This document shows, piece after piece, positions 9,450 through 22,260 of a stretch of DNA of 38,009 nucleotides. A program made the position numbers and the translations under genes. The notes below the pieces were generated by a model. It worked only from the letters and a program-made list of their open reading frames with translations, was not told where the DNA came from and searched no databases. Every line of letters starts with the position of its first letter. Position 1 is the first letter of the stretch. Origin of the DNA: Seison nebaliae. Its lineage: Eukaryota. Location: the NCBI GenBank assembly GCA_023231475.1, contig JALJEE010002385.1, positions 1-38,009 on the forward strand, in the 5' to 3' direction.

Positions 9450-12400
9450 TTATTGGAAAAGTTTTACTAATTCCAATTTTTGTAAATTTCCAGGTGAATT
9501 CGAACGTTTCAAATTCGATGTTTCACTATTATCATTGGAATGACATTTATTTAAACGATCATAAATATGTTCGTGATTCGTTGAATGTAAGTGATATGAA
9601 GCATGTAAATGATGTTTGAAAGAACGATCAAAACTAGAATAAATTATATGATTGTCACTCGATAAAGAATCGATAGTAGATGGTGCACCGAACGATATTA
9701 AATCATCAGAACATAATTTTGTGTTGGACAAATTGAGATAATTATCACAATTCTTCTCATTCCAATTCGATTCATTTGAATTATTATTATTCGAATTAAT
9801 CAGATTTACATCATCAATATCGTTGATGATTGGAAGATATGTGGCTTTCCCATTGATCATAATCATCGAAGTTTTTTGTTGTGGTTCCTCTTTCGGTTGA
9901 CGATCTTTCTTATCATTCATTGGACTCCAAAAATTTTTGTTCATTGATAAATTTGAATTTGAACAATTACTTGTAGATTCAGTTGCTTGATAACGATTGT
10001 TGTTGTTATTGTTTATTATTAAATTCTTTTTCTTATGAACTTGTTTCTGTTTCAATTGTTTACCTAATAATTGTGACGTATTAGTTGTTGTAACGGATGG
10101 TGTATTTGTTGATAAGGAATTGAATTTTTGAATAATTTGATGAGTATTCGAAACGGAATTGAACTGATTGGATTGTGCTAGTTTGATGGAATTCTCAATA
10201 GCACAATCGGAATTGTTCTTTATCTTCGAACTCATTTCGTCGGATGAATTAGGAAAAACTCTCAATAGTTTTGTTGTTGGGCATTTTTTTATATAGTTAG
10301 AATTCGAATAATCAGAATTTTTCAAATCATCACTCTGTTTATTTGGTGTATGAAAAAATTTCCGTTTATTCTCATTCTCCATCAAATCCACATTTGAGCT
10401 TGATCGTTCTATTGTATTCTGAGTTTTGGAGAGTCCAATTAGAAAGTTATCTAAAATCTCACTACTAATCGATGTGGAAATGGGGGTGATTGATAAATCG
10501 GAGAATTGATTACAATATTTTTTATGATTCAAATATTTTACATTGACATAATTATCATGTTTCTGTTGTTTCTTCCACAATTTATAATTCATTCGAATGA
10601 CTTGATTCAATAAATATAAATATTGTTTATCTATCGCATCGTGACAGGATAAAGAACGTTGACGATTTTTCGTTGACGATGGAGAATTAATAAACTCCTT
10701 ATTATTATTATTATTCGAATTCATCGTATTACAATAAGTGGAAGAGGAGAAAGTTGATGTGGAACTAGATTGTCTTTTATTCTTCTTCAATGACGAGCAA
10801 CGTCTTTTCATATTCAATCGATTCAATGCCTCTCTGATTGTTAGACGTTTATTGATGGAAGAATAAACGGTCGTTTTTGGTGTTACATCGAAGAATAGAC
10901 TTCCATCAATACTATTCTCCGATAGTCCATTCTTGTTCGATTGAATTGTGCATTGATTTACTACATTAGGAACAAATGGAATTGTACTCGTCCATATCGT
11001 CGAGTTATCCCCGTCATTCTTTTCCGTTTTCTTCTCCACATAACCAGCTAATTGGAAAGAATCGTTAATTTTCGATTTTAACTCATTCTTCCTATTTCTT
11101 CATCAAATTCAGCTTAGTTAATTCGAATCAGAAAAACAAAAAAAAAACCTGATCACTTTACAATATATCAGATTCATAAGAAGACAACTGAAAACTAAGA
11201 AAATGGCGAGTGTAATTAAAATGAGATAAAAAGATTTCATCGAATAAATCTCAGTATTATCATCAATTTTCTCATCAACTTTCTTCTGTTTCTTCTCAAA
11301 ATGTCTCACCATTCTCGTTGTCGGCGTGGTTTTAAACGAATTTAATGTAATAGAAATGGTTTCTAAACAGACAATTCAAAAAATAGAAAATTTTAATAAA
11401 TTGAACTTATTGTTCTTGTTGTGGTTGTTGTTGGTTTAGTGGTGGTAACTGTTGAAATGTGAGACGTGGTTAACATCGTATATCTCATTCTTTTGATGGA
11501 ATTTGGAGATGATTGACGGAAAAACGGTTTTCCGCTAGTAAACCTATTGAGATATTGATAAATATGATAATTGTCATTGAATAAAGTAGATCGGGTTGAA
11601 TGAGAAAATTTCGGTTTATTATTTGAATAAAAATTTTCTTTCCAAAAATTTCCTTTCCGATTATTCAAGATCGGTTGAATTTTCAGTAAATTTTTTTTAT
11701 AATTATTTTCCTGAGAATTAAAACCATTAAATTTTCTTCGTAAATTATAAATTCTTGTTGTTATTGTTGTCATTGGGATGGTGGTGATAGTTGGTGACGA
11801 TTTGATTGTAGAATATAAAGACGAATTTTTAATTGATGAAAATATTTTTTTTAATTGTGGATCATTATAAATTTCTGAATAATAATCGTTCAAATTTGAA
11901 GAATAGTCTAAATCGGTTGAATAATCGTAATTCCATAATGTTTCCGTCATTCTTGCTGTTGAGGGAGTTGAGTAAAAATTACGAAAATTTTCTTTTTTCC
12001 AACTCGTTATAGTTGAAGTGAGAGGATTGGAGAGATGATGATAAAACTTACGATGATTTCCTGGTAAACGGAAAGACGCTAATTCTTTATCATTTTTCGT
12101 CGTTAAATCATCTTCCGAATATTCGACAAATTCCACATTTTCATCATAATGATAATTATCATCATTAGTCTCTTTCACCGATAATTTGTGAGTGGTGAGG
12201 AATCGTGGTAATTTGGATTTATTTCGATTGATAATTTCTATCGTTGTCGAATTCGAGTTTTCTTTGAGTTGAAAGAAATATTTCTTATTTAATTGTCCAA
12301 AAGTTTTATTTAATCCGTTCATCGGATTTCGTTCGTTTACCGATAGTTGTAACTTATCTCTCTTTTCCATCACATGTCTACTGGTTCTACTGACTAAATT

Positions 12401-14668
12401 GATTAATTAATGAGATTAGAATGAGAGTGCAAAAAAATAATTTGTGCAGAAAATTATTACTACAAGATTAATAGAAACAGAAATTATACGAACCATTCGA
12501 TTCATTTTTCTCGTTCAATTCGACAGTTCCTTCGTTTTCATTCTTCCCCTTCAAATTACCATCATCATCATTATCATAAGTAACAATCTCGTCTAATAAT
12601 TGTTTCAATAACGACTTTTTTCCTTTTGAAATTGGCGTTTGATTAATTCGAAATTTTTTCATTTCTTTCTTCATCAAAACTTTTGGTTTGGATGTTCTCG
12701 GTGGCATTTGTCTTTTGGCGTCTCGAACTGATTTCATTGCCTTCCTCCAATCTCGTTCCACTTCCGCCACACTCTTCTCATCCTTATCAGAAAAGAGAAG
12801 TTTGATCATATTCGATAACATAAATGAATTGTTCAATATCGATCTTTTCGTCGTTTTCTCAGGTCGTTTCTTTCTCGATTTCATTCTTTTCAAAATCTTC
12901 TCCGTTTCATTCAAAATTTTCGGGGAATTCGTCGATATACGAAGACGAATAATTGCATTCACCTTTTCGATATTCCGATAATGATCCAATTGACTCGATC
13001 TTCTCGTCGATATTTTCGATCTCAATTTACTATCAATTTTCGTCGTCATCATCGTCGTCGTCGATGTGGTAGTGGTGGTGGTGGTGGTTGAAATTTTTGG
13101 TGTCGTTGTAACTTTCCAAATAGTATTTTTCATGTCGATGAGAAATTTGAAGAAGTTTAATGAATGTTTCTGATCGACAATCACATCCTTCGCCTCATTG
13201 AGAAATTCTCTTAATTTTTCGATATTTGAATTATGTTCCATAGGAATTCGTTGATAGAATTTCTTTACGACTTTAGGAGATTTTTTCGAATTTATATCAA
13301 TTTTTTCTTTTTCTTCATCGAATGTTGATATGGTTTCTTGTTCGTTTTCATCGAATGGTATTCGTTCTTCATAATCCTCATTTATTATTTCACTGTCACT
13401 TACATCGTAATATTGGATGTCATTCTTTTCCGTCGAATGATGTTGTAAATTCGTCGGAACATTAGAACTCCATTGGTTCGTTGAATGTTTGTTAGAGATA
13501 TCTAAATTCCTCCCACACGAAATCCGAACAATATCATTCGTAGATGATGGTGAAACTAAAAAATTTAAATTTAAATTAGTTAATATATTTTTTTTTTTTA
13601 TTATATCAAATCCACACGAGGCAAATTAAATAGAAAATATGATAACTCTTTCGAAGAGTTATTGATAATAAGATTCTTTCCTAGATAGATATATAATTTT
13701 AAAATGAACGAAAAAAACCTTCAAAATATATCCAAAATCCGTTATCATACCAGATTTTATGAGAATTATTACTCGTAAAAAATTCTAAATCAACTCGTCG
13801 ATGACCACTACCGAATAGTGAGGAGACATCTCTCTTATATCCACATTTTTTCACACCTTGTGTACTGTAACGATTCTCTTTAATTTTCAAATAAGTTTCG
13901 TCACATTCGTTTTTCTCATTACGATGACTAGATAACTGGAAAGAAAAAAAGATTAATGGAAGAAAATATGAAAAACGAACTTTCATATCGATTCGTTTTA
14001 ATAAGATAATTCCATGTCGATTTTTACCTGACGTATTTAAAAAATCTAATTGACAACGACATCGAAGATTAATCGGGAAATCGATCGGATAATGAGGACT
14101 GGTAATATATGCCGTTTGAATATGTTTATTCGATATTTCCGAACAAATATCGATCGTTTCCATTTCTAAAGAAGAAAAATAATAATTTATAAAAAAAAAG
14201 AAGAAAAATTGAACTGGGAAAACATTGATATTTGATATGAATATAATCGAACAATTTCCCATCACAAACTGATGAAATTATCAATTCTTTCATATTGATA
14301 CTTGTCTTACATTCACTCCTTCCCGTACAAATGTTATCGATATTGAAATATTGATCATAATAGCAGTTTTTCGACGAGTGTTTACAACTTCTTCTTTCAT
14401 CACTTTCGATCGATGTCAAATTGATGGTTGAATATTTTTGTTGAATTCCGAACAGAGTTTGAAGTATTTTCAATCTTCCTTCATTCTCACACAACAAATG
14501 GACATGGATGGATTTAGTACCGGTTAATAGACATTCGGATTTCTGAAAGACTTTCAACGAATAAATATCTACGACAATTCATTCAATTTTAAAAAGTTTT
14601 TTACACTAACCGATTTTAGTTGTTTGATATAAATTGAGAATGGATAAAAGTAGGAAAAATAATCTCAT
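9450..14668 (-). CDS. Type I membrane protein: signal peptide, SUEL-type (galactose/rhamnose-binding) lectin-like domain, CUB domain, Thr/Ser-rich mucin-like stalk, TM and long cytoplasmic tail (module A)
   Basis: Signal peptide MRLFFLLLSILNL from ATG 14668. Introns 14610-14569, 14214-14166, 13980-13936, 13718-13556, 12493-12394, 11406-11363, 11148-11098. SUEL-like pattern LLC..LKI...FG...CTGRSEC...C....DYIHIKYQC; CUB YITSPHYP..FP.NLRCRC...CDETYL...KKCG...GFWIYFE; TM FYLILITLAIFLVFSCLLMNLIYC followed by KVIRNRK. Confidence 0.75.
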
Positions 14669-15293
14669 TCTAATTATTTGGGAAATAAATGAGAGAAATG
14701 AAATTAATTGATAAGTGAACTTCTTCACAACTGATCGAGTTATGTGAATGATGAAGTGAAAGGAATTATGTTGGAATAAGATGGGAGTGAATTTATCTCT
14801 CAAGACGTGTAAATCTATGTCAATAATTCAATAGACATAACACTTTCTACTCTTCCATTCATCACAGAATGGTTAGGTTAGGGGAATATGATAATAGAAT
14901 TATCGATTACTAATCATCGATAATGGGTGGAGTTCCAAATGAAAATTCTCATTCCAACACAAATAAAATTCCTTTTCTTATCAACTTCTTTTCCAACTCC
15001 AACAATTACCTCATTCACAATCGAATGGTAATTGATCCACAGGAACTTAAATAACAATTTCTTTTCTACATTCCTCAACGTCAACAAATCGATAATAGAG
15101 TTGGATGACCTAATCAATAATTAACAAATGAAAGTCAATAGTAGCAAGATCTATGACTCGTCGTTTAAGGAAATTATCTCTCGTCTTCTATCTATTATAG
15201 TTCTTCAACCTACATTTTATTATACGAAAAGAAAAATTGTGAAAACTTCCCAAAAAAAATTTGTTGATTAAAGAAAATTTTATTTAAAACATA

Positions 15294-16163
15294 TTATGCT
15301 CGACGAAATGAATTTCGTTTAATTATTGATTTTAATTGACGTTCCTTAAATTTTTTTACTGCTTCTTCATACACTTTCCCCACCGTTTTCTTCTCCATCA
15401 AAACCATCAATCCTTTAATTCTCTCCCGTTCACTTTTTTTCTTCAAATCGTCGATGGTTATTCTTTTCCTCTTTACCTCCTTCTTTTTTCCACTTTCCTT
15501 CTCTTTCCCTTCAATTATTGATTCGGATTCCGATTCTGAATTTGAATCATATTCTGACGATGTTGACGAATCAGTTTCTTCTTTAATTTCACCTGATTTT
15601 TTCGTTTTTCTTTCTTCTTTACTCATCGATTCTTGGAGAGATTTGGCAACAGAAAAAAATTCATTGAAATTCTTTTTCTCCGAATCCTCATCGTCGTCAC
15701 TCTGTTGTCGATTTATGTCCAATTCTTTTAACCGTTTTCGATGGTTATCCGTTATGTAAGTATCTTTATCAAGAAATTCACCTTTCGATTCTTCTTCTTT
15801 TCTTTCCTTCTGGATTTTTCTTTCTCTTCGTCTTTCATTTTCCATTTGTCTATTTGCTGCCGATTCTAATAAATGTTTCATGTATTTCGGTTTATATTTC
15901 TGATCTGATTTCTTTGAATCACTTCTCGTTTTATCATTGAAAATGACAGATAATCGATTTTTTCCTTCTGATTCTCGATCCAATGAATCATATACTTCAT
16001 CGTATTGATAAATGGATGGATCGTCTTCTATATTCTTCGAATTAATTATATTCTTCTTCTTCTTTTCTGGTATAGTCGATTCATCGATTGCTGGTAAAAG
16101 GGTTCGTTTCTTTTCATTCTCGTTGAATTTCTTTCGTAAACTGATTAAAAATCTATTCGACAT
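15294..16163 (-). CDS. NSRP1: Nuclear speckle splicing regulatory protein 1 (CCDC55/DUF2040 family)
   Basis: EDDPSIYQYDEVYD, KPKYMKHLL, ERKIQKERKEE..GEF.DKD.YIT, and C-terminal KKTVG....EA...F.ER. Intronless; ATG at 16163. Confidence 0.88.
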   Translation of the reverse strand: MSNRFLISLRKKFNENEKKRTLLPAIDESTIPEKKKKNIINSKNIEDDPSIYQYDEVYDSLDRESEGKNRLSVIFNDKTRSDSKKSDQKYKPKYMKHLLESAANRQMENERRRERKIQKERKEEESKGEFLDKDTYITDNHRKRLKELDINRQQSDDDEDSEKKNFNEFFSVAKSLQESMSKEERKTKKSGEIKEETDSSTSSEYDSNSESESESIIEGKEKESGKKKEVKRKRITIDDLKKKSERERIKGLMVLMEKKTVGKVYEEAVKKFKERQLKSIIKRNSFRRA

Positions 16164-17085
16164 ATTCCTCAATTTAATTCGGAGATTTATAATTTTTTTC
16201 CATTTTCAATATTATTTATATTCAATTTAATTAATAATATTGAAAGCCAACTAATTAATAAATAATTTATTTTAGAAACGGTTTGATTAAGACAACTAGT
16301 TATATTTGAGTTTATCAGATCCTAATTTCTTTGAGATATCCATTTCGGCCTCCCTACCAATCTCTAAAAAATACAATAAAACCTAATACCTAATACCTTA
16401 AATGCCATCCGTTTGGCGCCAAGTGAAACATTTCTTAATAAGCTTCTTTCTATTGAGTATTAAACCATATTAAGATTAATTTTATGCTTTAATAAGAATC
16501 CATACTCTTGGAATTATAGTTCATCTTTATCTACTTTTAATTTAGAAAAAAAAGAAAGCCACTATGTTTGGATAACAAAAACAAAGGATAAAAAAATTTA
16601 CACATCTCTTTAACTTTATTTTTCTGATCTCCATGATTTTTCGGAGTCAATTTTCTCTCATTGTAAAATGCAATCAAAATTGATTAAAATCTCTTTATAA
16701 GCGGACTAAATGTCAATTACTCATCGTAAATCTTTATTTTACAGTTTGTCAAATTTTTGGAAACTTTTATTAACGAGAAGGAAAAATAATTTAAAACAAA
16801 GTGGTTGTGGGGCAATGTGCGACAATAACTTTTAAATGAGAGAATTTTGGTTTCAAAGACAGTTCGTAACTAAAAAATTCGCTATGTTTGTCAATAAGAA
16901 ACAGTTCAGGTTTATGAAGCTTCATATAACGAGTTCGACATTCGTATCAAATTGGGTTTTCAAGAGATTTTTGGTACAATGGAAAAAGTATATAGAAAAA
17001 TGGAAACTAAAAAATTCCGGTTTACATACAACTTGAATTATTTTTTTCATTCTCAATTTCCTCCTTTATTTCCGCCTTCTTAAAA

Positions 17086-18619
17086 ATGGCTAACCATTTC
17101 TTCAATCATTTATTCAAACTAACATTAACACTGATAAATATTCAACTGGCAGTTTCGTCACTAACCAGTATCACGATAAGACTTCAAGATAAAGGTTATT
17201 GTCGTCGATATGAGAGATTGTATGGTATCAAAGCGAATATCCGGAATTACTGTAAATACTCGGAAGAGTTTTCGATGCATGTTGACAGTTTGATTATTTC
17301 AGTTTGTGCTTTAATTTTATTGATTGAAAGGTGACTCAATTTACGATGGGAAATTAAAGAGGGACTTGGAAAGAGGAAGACGTATTAAAGTTAACTAATT
17401 TTCACATAGCATCACCTGAAATTACTTTCAATTGTTCTTCAATGAATCAGTGGACATCATTTATAAGTTCATATTGTGCGATTAACGGATCGTTCTTTCG
17501 GAGTGCCAAGTTACCATTTTATTGATGTCAAATGATCAACAAATGAAAAAAGTTACAATTCGGGAATTGGAAGTATCTGCACGGTTTCACTTTCCTTATT
17601 CTTTTCTTTTTTCAACTTATGATAAAAAGGAAATCATTAGGAGTAAAGTAGGAATTTTTCATAGTTTTTTAAACGTCGATAAATTCCACACATTTGCATT
17701 TCCCTATATTAAATGTGTGGACCGGAATGACCAACAAATATATATGACGCATTTGAAGTATGTGCATATTTTCAAGTTTAATTGAATATTCCCTATGATC
17801 AGCTGAAAATAATATTAACATAAATACAAATCATAGAAATTTACACATGAGAAAGGCGGTTAAAATAGGCGCGCATATGACGGCGCTTATAGATGTGAGA
17901 GGTTCTGATTGGGGTAAAGGAGTTTCGAAGTATTCAAAAAAGCAGTCATGTATAAGCATTTTAAAATTTAAAGTTTATATTTTAAAAATTCTTCATCGTT
18001 CCTCAAACCATTGCTGCCTCATTCAAAAGAAATTTCTTTCTACAATTCGGAAAATATTGAGAATTTTAATGAAATTCCAATGGAACGAGGAAGTAGTTGT
18101 TTGTGGAATAAAAAAAAGAAATTTCATTATCAATTAATCTCCAATAATTAGCCATTTTCAGATCGGTTAAAAAATAAATGGGAAATTGACGGATTCACTG
18201 TTTTTGACGTTAAAGACGGCCGGAAATATCAACTTGAATGTACCGTGAAAGTTATTACTGTTTCGAAAGTAAGTAATTTCCTGATTGTAACTAAATAAAT
18301 TGATTCGTTAGATGAATGAAGCTCTATTTCTCTTGGTAAACAAAAGCTTACCAACTTTCATTTGTCCAGCTCACATGAAATGTAAGTACATTAAACAAAG
18401 TTCAACTAAATATTTTCAAAAATATTTCTCGATTTTTGAATTATAGAAATCGAAGTGAATCCATATGGTGGAGGGTTTGGATTTTTAATTCCAATAGTCG
18501 GTGCAATTGGTGGGGTTGTTCTTATAATAGGATTCGGCGCAATCATTTTGCGGAAGAAACCTGCAGGTCACGGTAGTGGTGCAAAACAAAGTCTAGGAAG
18601 TCACAACACATATTATTAG
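17086..18619 (+). CDS. Uncharacterised multi-exon type I membrane protein (beta-rich ectodomain, possibly cadherin-like)
   Basis: Signal-peptide-like start MANHFFNHLFKLTLTLINIQLAVSS; several short GT-AG introns; last exon from 18447 encodes TM FLIPIVGAIGGVVLIIGFGAIIL then RKK and a short tail ending NTYY* (TAG 18617-18619). Internal exon boundaries are uncertain. Confidence 0.6.
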
Positions 18620-19440
18620 AAAAACTGCAGTTTTATATCGGCCTATTTGGTCAAGACACAGTAAAATATCATTTACATATGTCGAAATAACGATAGGTTT
18701 TTGCTTTCATAAAGAGAAATTAATAAAAATGATAAATTAAGAAAAGAAAAAAGAATTGTTATTCTTTATTATTATATATGAAACTATTTTTTATTTATAA
18801 ATGTAAAATCGATATTACTATATTATTTATATAGAATATACGATATATTAAAAAGCATTTGTCACGATAACTAAATATGATTAACATGAGTTAAGGCAAA
18901 ATTACCTAAAAGTGTCCAATCGCTGCACCGCGCCCAATCAACCAATCTCCCATTCCGTTTTCACACAGTCAAAAACGATATCGCCATCAGAAAGTTTTGA
19001 TTTTCACTATCGTTTACGGACTATTTTCTGTATTCGAGTCATGAAATCCATTGAAATCTAATCTTCCGATCTCCTCTTCAAAATTTCTCGAAACTCGAAA
19101 TATTTGTTGACGATTTTTCATTTCATCTGTAAATTCATTTCATTCGTAAATTTGAAAGATGTCCAAATGGTAGAGAAACAAATACCTACAGAATATCTGC
19201 ATTATCATTCGATTTTGCGCTTAGATATTAGATGTGTGTCCTCAATATCATCAGTCAGTTTCTGATGATCATGATAAACTATGGCACGAATTGTGATAAG
19301 GAATAATTCGTACCAATTCGAAATGAAATTATTAGAATCATATATTGTTCCAATTTTAACTAAAAGTGTTCCTTTTACTCCTATGAAATAGAAGAAAGAA
19401 AATTATCAATTTGTGCGCCGATAGATTTGGTGTGGAGCCA

Positions 19441-19500
19441 TGTAAAATACGCCACGTAAAACACCTCACATAGAATAGACCACGTAAAATACGCCACGTC
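19441..19500. repeat. Short tandem array of a ~14-bp unit (taaaatacgccacg), resembling a MITE/DNA-transposon subterminal repeat
   Basis: About 4 degenerate units: taaaatacgccacg, taaaacacctcaca, tagaatagaccacg, taaaatacgccacg. Confidence 0.6.
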
Positions 19501-19699
19501 AGATATATCACGATTACACGACACACAAAATTGACAGTTGGGCGAATAAAAAACGACAATTTTCAATTTTTTCGCGCGCACTTTTTTCACATCAACTAAT
19601 ATATAAAGACTTGTGAGTTGAGTCTGTATTAGTATATTCATAAAATTGTTTTTTTTTAAAGTATAATAGTAAAGAGTGATGACAATAGTGTCATCACGG

Positions 19700-20200
19700 A
19701 AAAAAAGGGAATGAAATCGAGAGAAATATCGATAGAGATATTCTCTCCGAGAAAAAGTTTGGGAATCAGTAGATTCAATAGTTTCTAATAATTTTATTTC
19801 TTGATAACATTTTATAAATTTATTCATTTCAGAATTTCGAGATTATTATACTGTGGCCAGAAGTTTTACCGAGGGTTCGTGTAGAGGTTTGGGAGTGCCA
19901 AAGGTTCATATTTATGAATTTTCGAGTAAAATTCTAATATTTTTCTAGTTATGGCTTCGAGGATGGATATGGCGAGTAGTATGGGAGAAGTAACAGGGAA
20001 ACGTTTTGGTTCTGTTAGTTTCATTTTTTGATAATTAGTTCTGATAAAACATTTTCTTTCAAGGTAGGGGATAATATGAAAAGCTGAAAGTAGGGGTGCT
20101 GCCTCATGTTTAGTCCACAACTTCTTTTAATATAATATGAATTTTGCTTTTATATCTTTTAGGTTTAATTCCTGGAGGCAGCACAAGAAGTTATAATTAA
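19700..20200 (-). pseudogene. Possible highly decayed non-LTR retrotransposon APE endonuclease fragment
   Basis: CCLQE near 20180 resembles the APE D(I/V)xCLQE motif; broken frames follow; no other clear motif. Confidence 0.25.
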
Positions 20201-21135
20201 ATTTATAAAAACATTATCATTTTTTATTTTATTAACAATTTATAGACCAAGTAATAGATGGAAGGAGTAAGAGATTCCATCAACTAAGGTACTGAAAGAA
20301 AGGTTTTTTATTTTATTCCATTTTATGTTTAATCAATTTTCGTAGTAAGATCAATTCACCACCACAATAAACACGGAATACACTTACTTGGATTGTGAGG
20401 TTCAAGAAACCACTACACATACTGAAAATACTACAAATAAATCAATTATGAGATTCATAAATATAATATATATTATTCATCATGAACTACCATTTTCTAA
20501 TTAACAATAAATCTGTTTTAATAATATTTTGAAACGATTTTTTTTATATCAAAATATGTGATCATCTCATCAGAATTACGATATTTCCTCATAACAATAT
20601 CTGACAATTACAGAGTAATGTCATCTTAAGCTTAACAATTTTTAAGAATAGACTTATAATCTCCAGCTTTTTAGTCCGACAAGTTATAATGTGGGACATA
20701 TGGTTGAAATATGTTGGAAATTGTACGTCATTTGTTGAACAGATAAAATCTGTTGATTAATCGTTAAGCTCTTCTTTCCTAGAAGAGAGATCGGAGAATA
20801 TCCTAGTCGAGTATCCTTGGAAATAACCATTTACACTTGATTATGATGATTATGACCTATGAAAAATAATTTTTGAAATTCATTAGAGAAAAAAGTTGAA
20901 AAATGGGAATAAAACATAATAAATGTTTGTGTGTGAGAATTATCCAGTAGTCGGTCAGTCAGTCAATCCATATAAATACTAACGAAGAACAGTGAAAATT
21001 TGGAAATTAAAAAAGAACTAATGTGAAATTTGTTTTCTTAATAGAGTTTATTTCTTTTCGATTCAACTTGTTCTCAATTTTTGATTTCTCCTTCATTTCT
21101 TTTTGGGCATTCTCAACCATAGGTTGTCATCCGTT

Positions 21136-22215
21136 ATGTATTTGAATAACGGTACACAGATAGAAGTGATCGAGTATTATTTTTTATGGAAGCACAACAT
21201 AGCGCTAGACACAGTATTAGTCTCATTACTTATGTCAATTGTTGGTGGTGTATGTACTTATATAACATTGAATTTGGATCTAGAAGATAATGAGAATACG
21301 AAAATTCAAAAACACCTGAAGAATCTTTGGAGAATTGGTGTTGGCATGATAAGTTTTGGATTAATCTCTATTTGCTTATGTTACTTCGATATGAGAGTGA
21401 TTCATATGTTGACTGAAAATTTTATTACGACGGTGATTTTATGGTTTGCTATCGACATGGCAAAATCAGTTTTCAATTTAAAAATTGGGAAGTTTTACGT
21501 CTTATTCATATGCCCCACCATTCTCATGGTGGTGTTGAAGAGAGATACATCATTGTTCATTCATAATTTCTATTTTTTTCTATTCATTCTACAAATCGCA
21601 TTGAAAACTATTCCAATGATGGAATTTCGATTATATCGATATATTGTCATGATTCTCTTTTTTATTCACGAAACTGTTCATCATCTACAAATGCGTCCAT
21701 TCAAGAGACTTAAACACATACCATCCGCAATTACTCATCAACAACATTTTTTTGTGAATTTCTCTTCGAATCCTTTAACTAGTGACACGAAAGATCTACA
21801 GGAATTTCATATACCAAAAACGAAATTAAATTATCAATTATCAACGGAAAAAATGATCAGCATCGATTTCGATTATAACATCAGTATCTATTACGTTTAT
21901 TTCGTTACCATGTTCATCTACATTTTATCTCAATATCTTCCCGATCGACGAGACAGAAAGAGTTTCTCGTTTGATGGTTCATTCATTTCCGTTTTCCTCT
22001 ATCAATTTCGAATACTTAGCAACACTTTCGATTATCCTATTTCCATTTCCACTTTCTTAACATTCACTCTAATTTTTGGAAGATTCATTTCTTACATAAG
22101 ACGGCGTGATGAAAGCGAAGAAATGATGGAATGTTCCGATAAGGTGGAGGAAGGTGATTCGCAATCTACGTCAAATGTAGAGGGAATAATAAAAATAAAA
22201 TTAGGAATTGTTTGA
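21136..22215 (+). CDS. Uncharacterised multi-pass membrane protein
   Basis: Intronless ORF (first ATG 21136) with roughly 7-9 hydrophobic segments and a charged C-terminal tail; no family motif recognised. Confidence 0.7.
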   Translation: MYLNNGTQIEVIEYYFLWKHNIALDTVLVSLLMSIVGGVCTYITLNLDLEDNENTKIQKHLKNLWRIGVGMISFGLISICLCYFDMRVIHMLTENFITTVILWFAIDMAKSVFNLKIGKFYVLFICPTILMVVLKRDTSLFIHNFYFFLFILQIALKTIPMMEFRLYRYIVMILFFIHETVHHLQMRPFKRLKHIPSAITHQQHFFVNFSSNPLTSDTKDLQEFHIPKTKLNYQLSTEKMISIDFDYNISIYYVYFVTMFIYILSQYLPDRRDRKSFSFDGSFISVFLYQFRILSNTFDYPISISTFLTFTLIFGRFISYIRRRDESEEMMECSDKVEEGDSQSTSNVEGIIKIKLGIV

Positions 22216-22260
22216 AAATTAAATGGAAAAAAATGAGATTATTTTAAAATAATTTTTTCT

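Noticed and set aside
11083..11112. 30-nt microexon after the first TM (SEFDEEIGRM)
   Set aside because: It needs a 35-nt intron and puts acidic residues after the TM; the single intron 11148-11098 gives a more plausible basic juxtamembrane segment.
13647..13680. Small exon after the CUB exon using the acceptor at 13681
   Set aside because: No phase-compatible donor; direct splicing 13718-13556 keeps the frame.
18900..19350. Intergenic stretch with a GC-richer patch
   Set aside because: No sustained ORF, RNA-gene fold or element motif could be supported.
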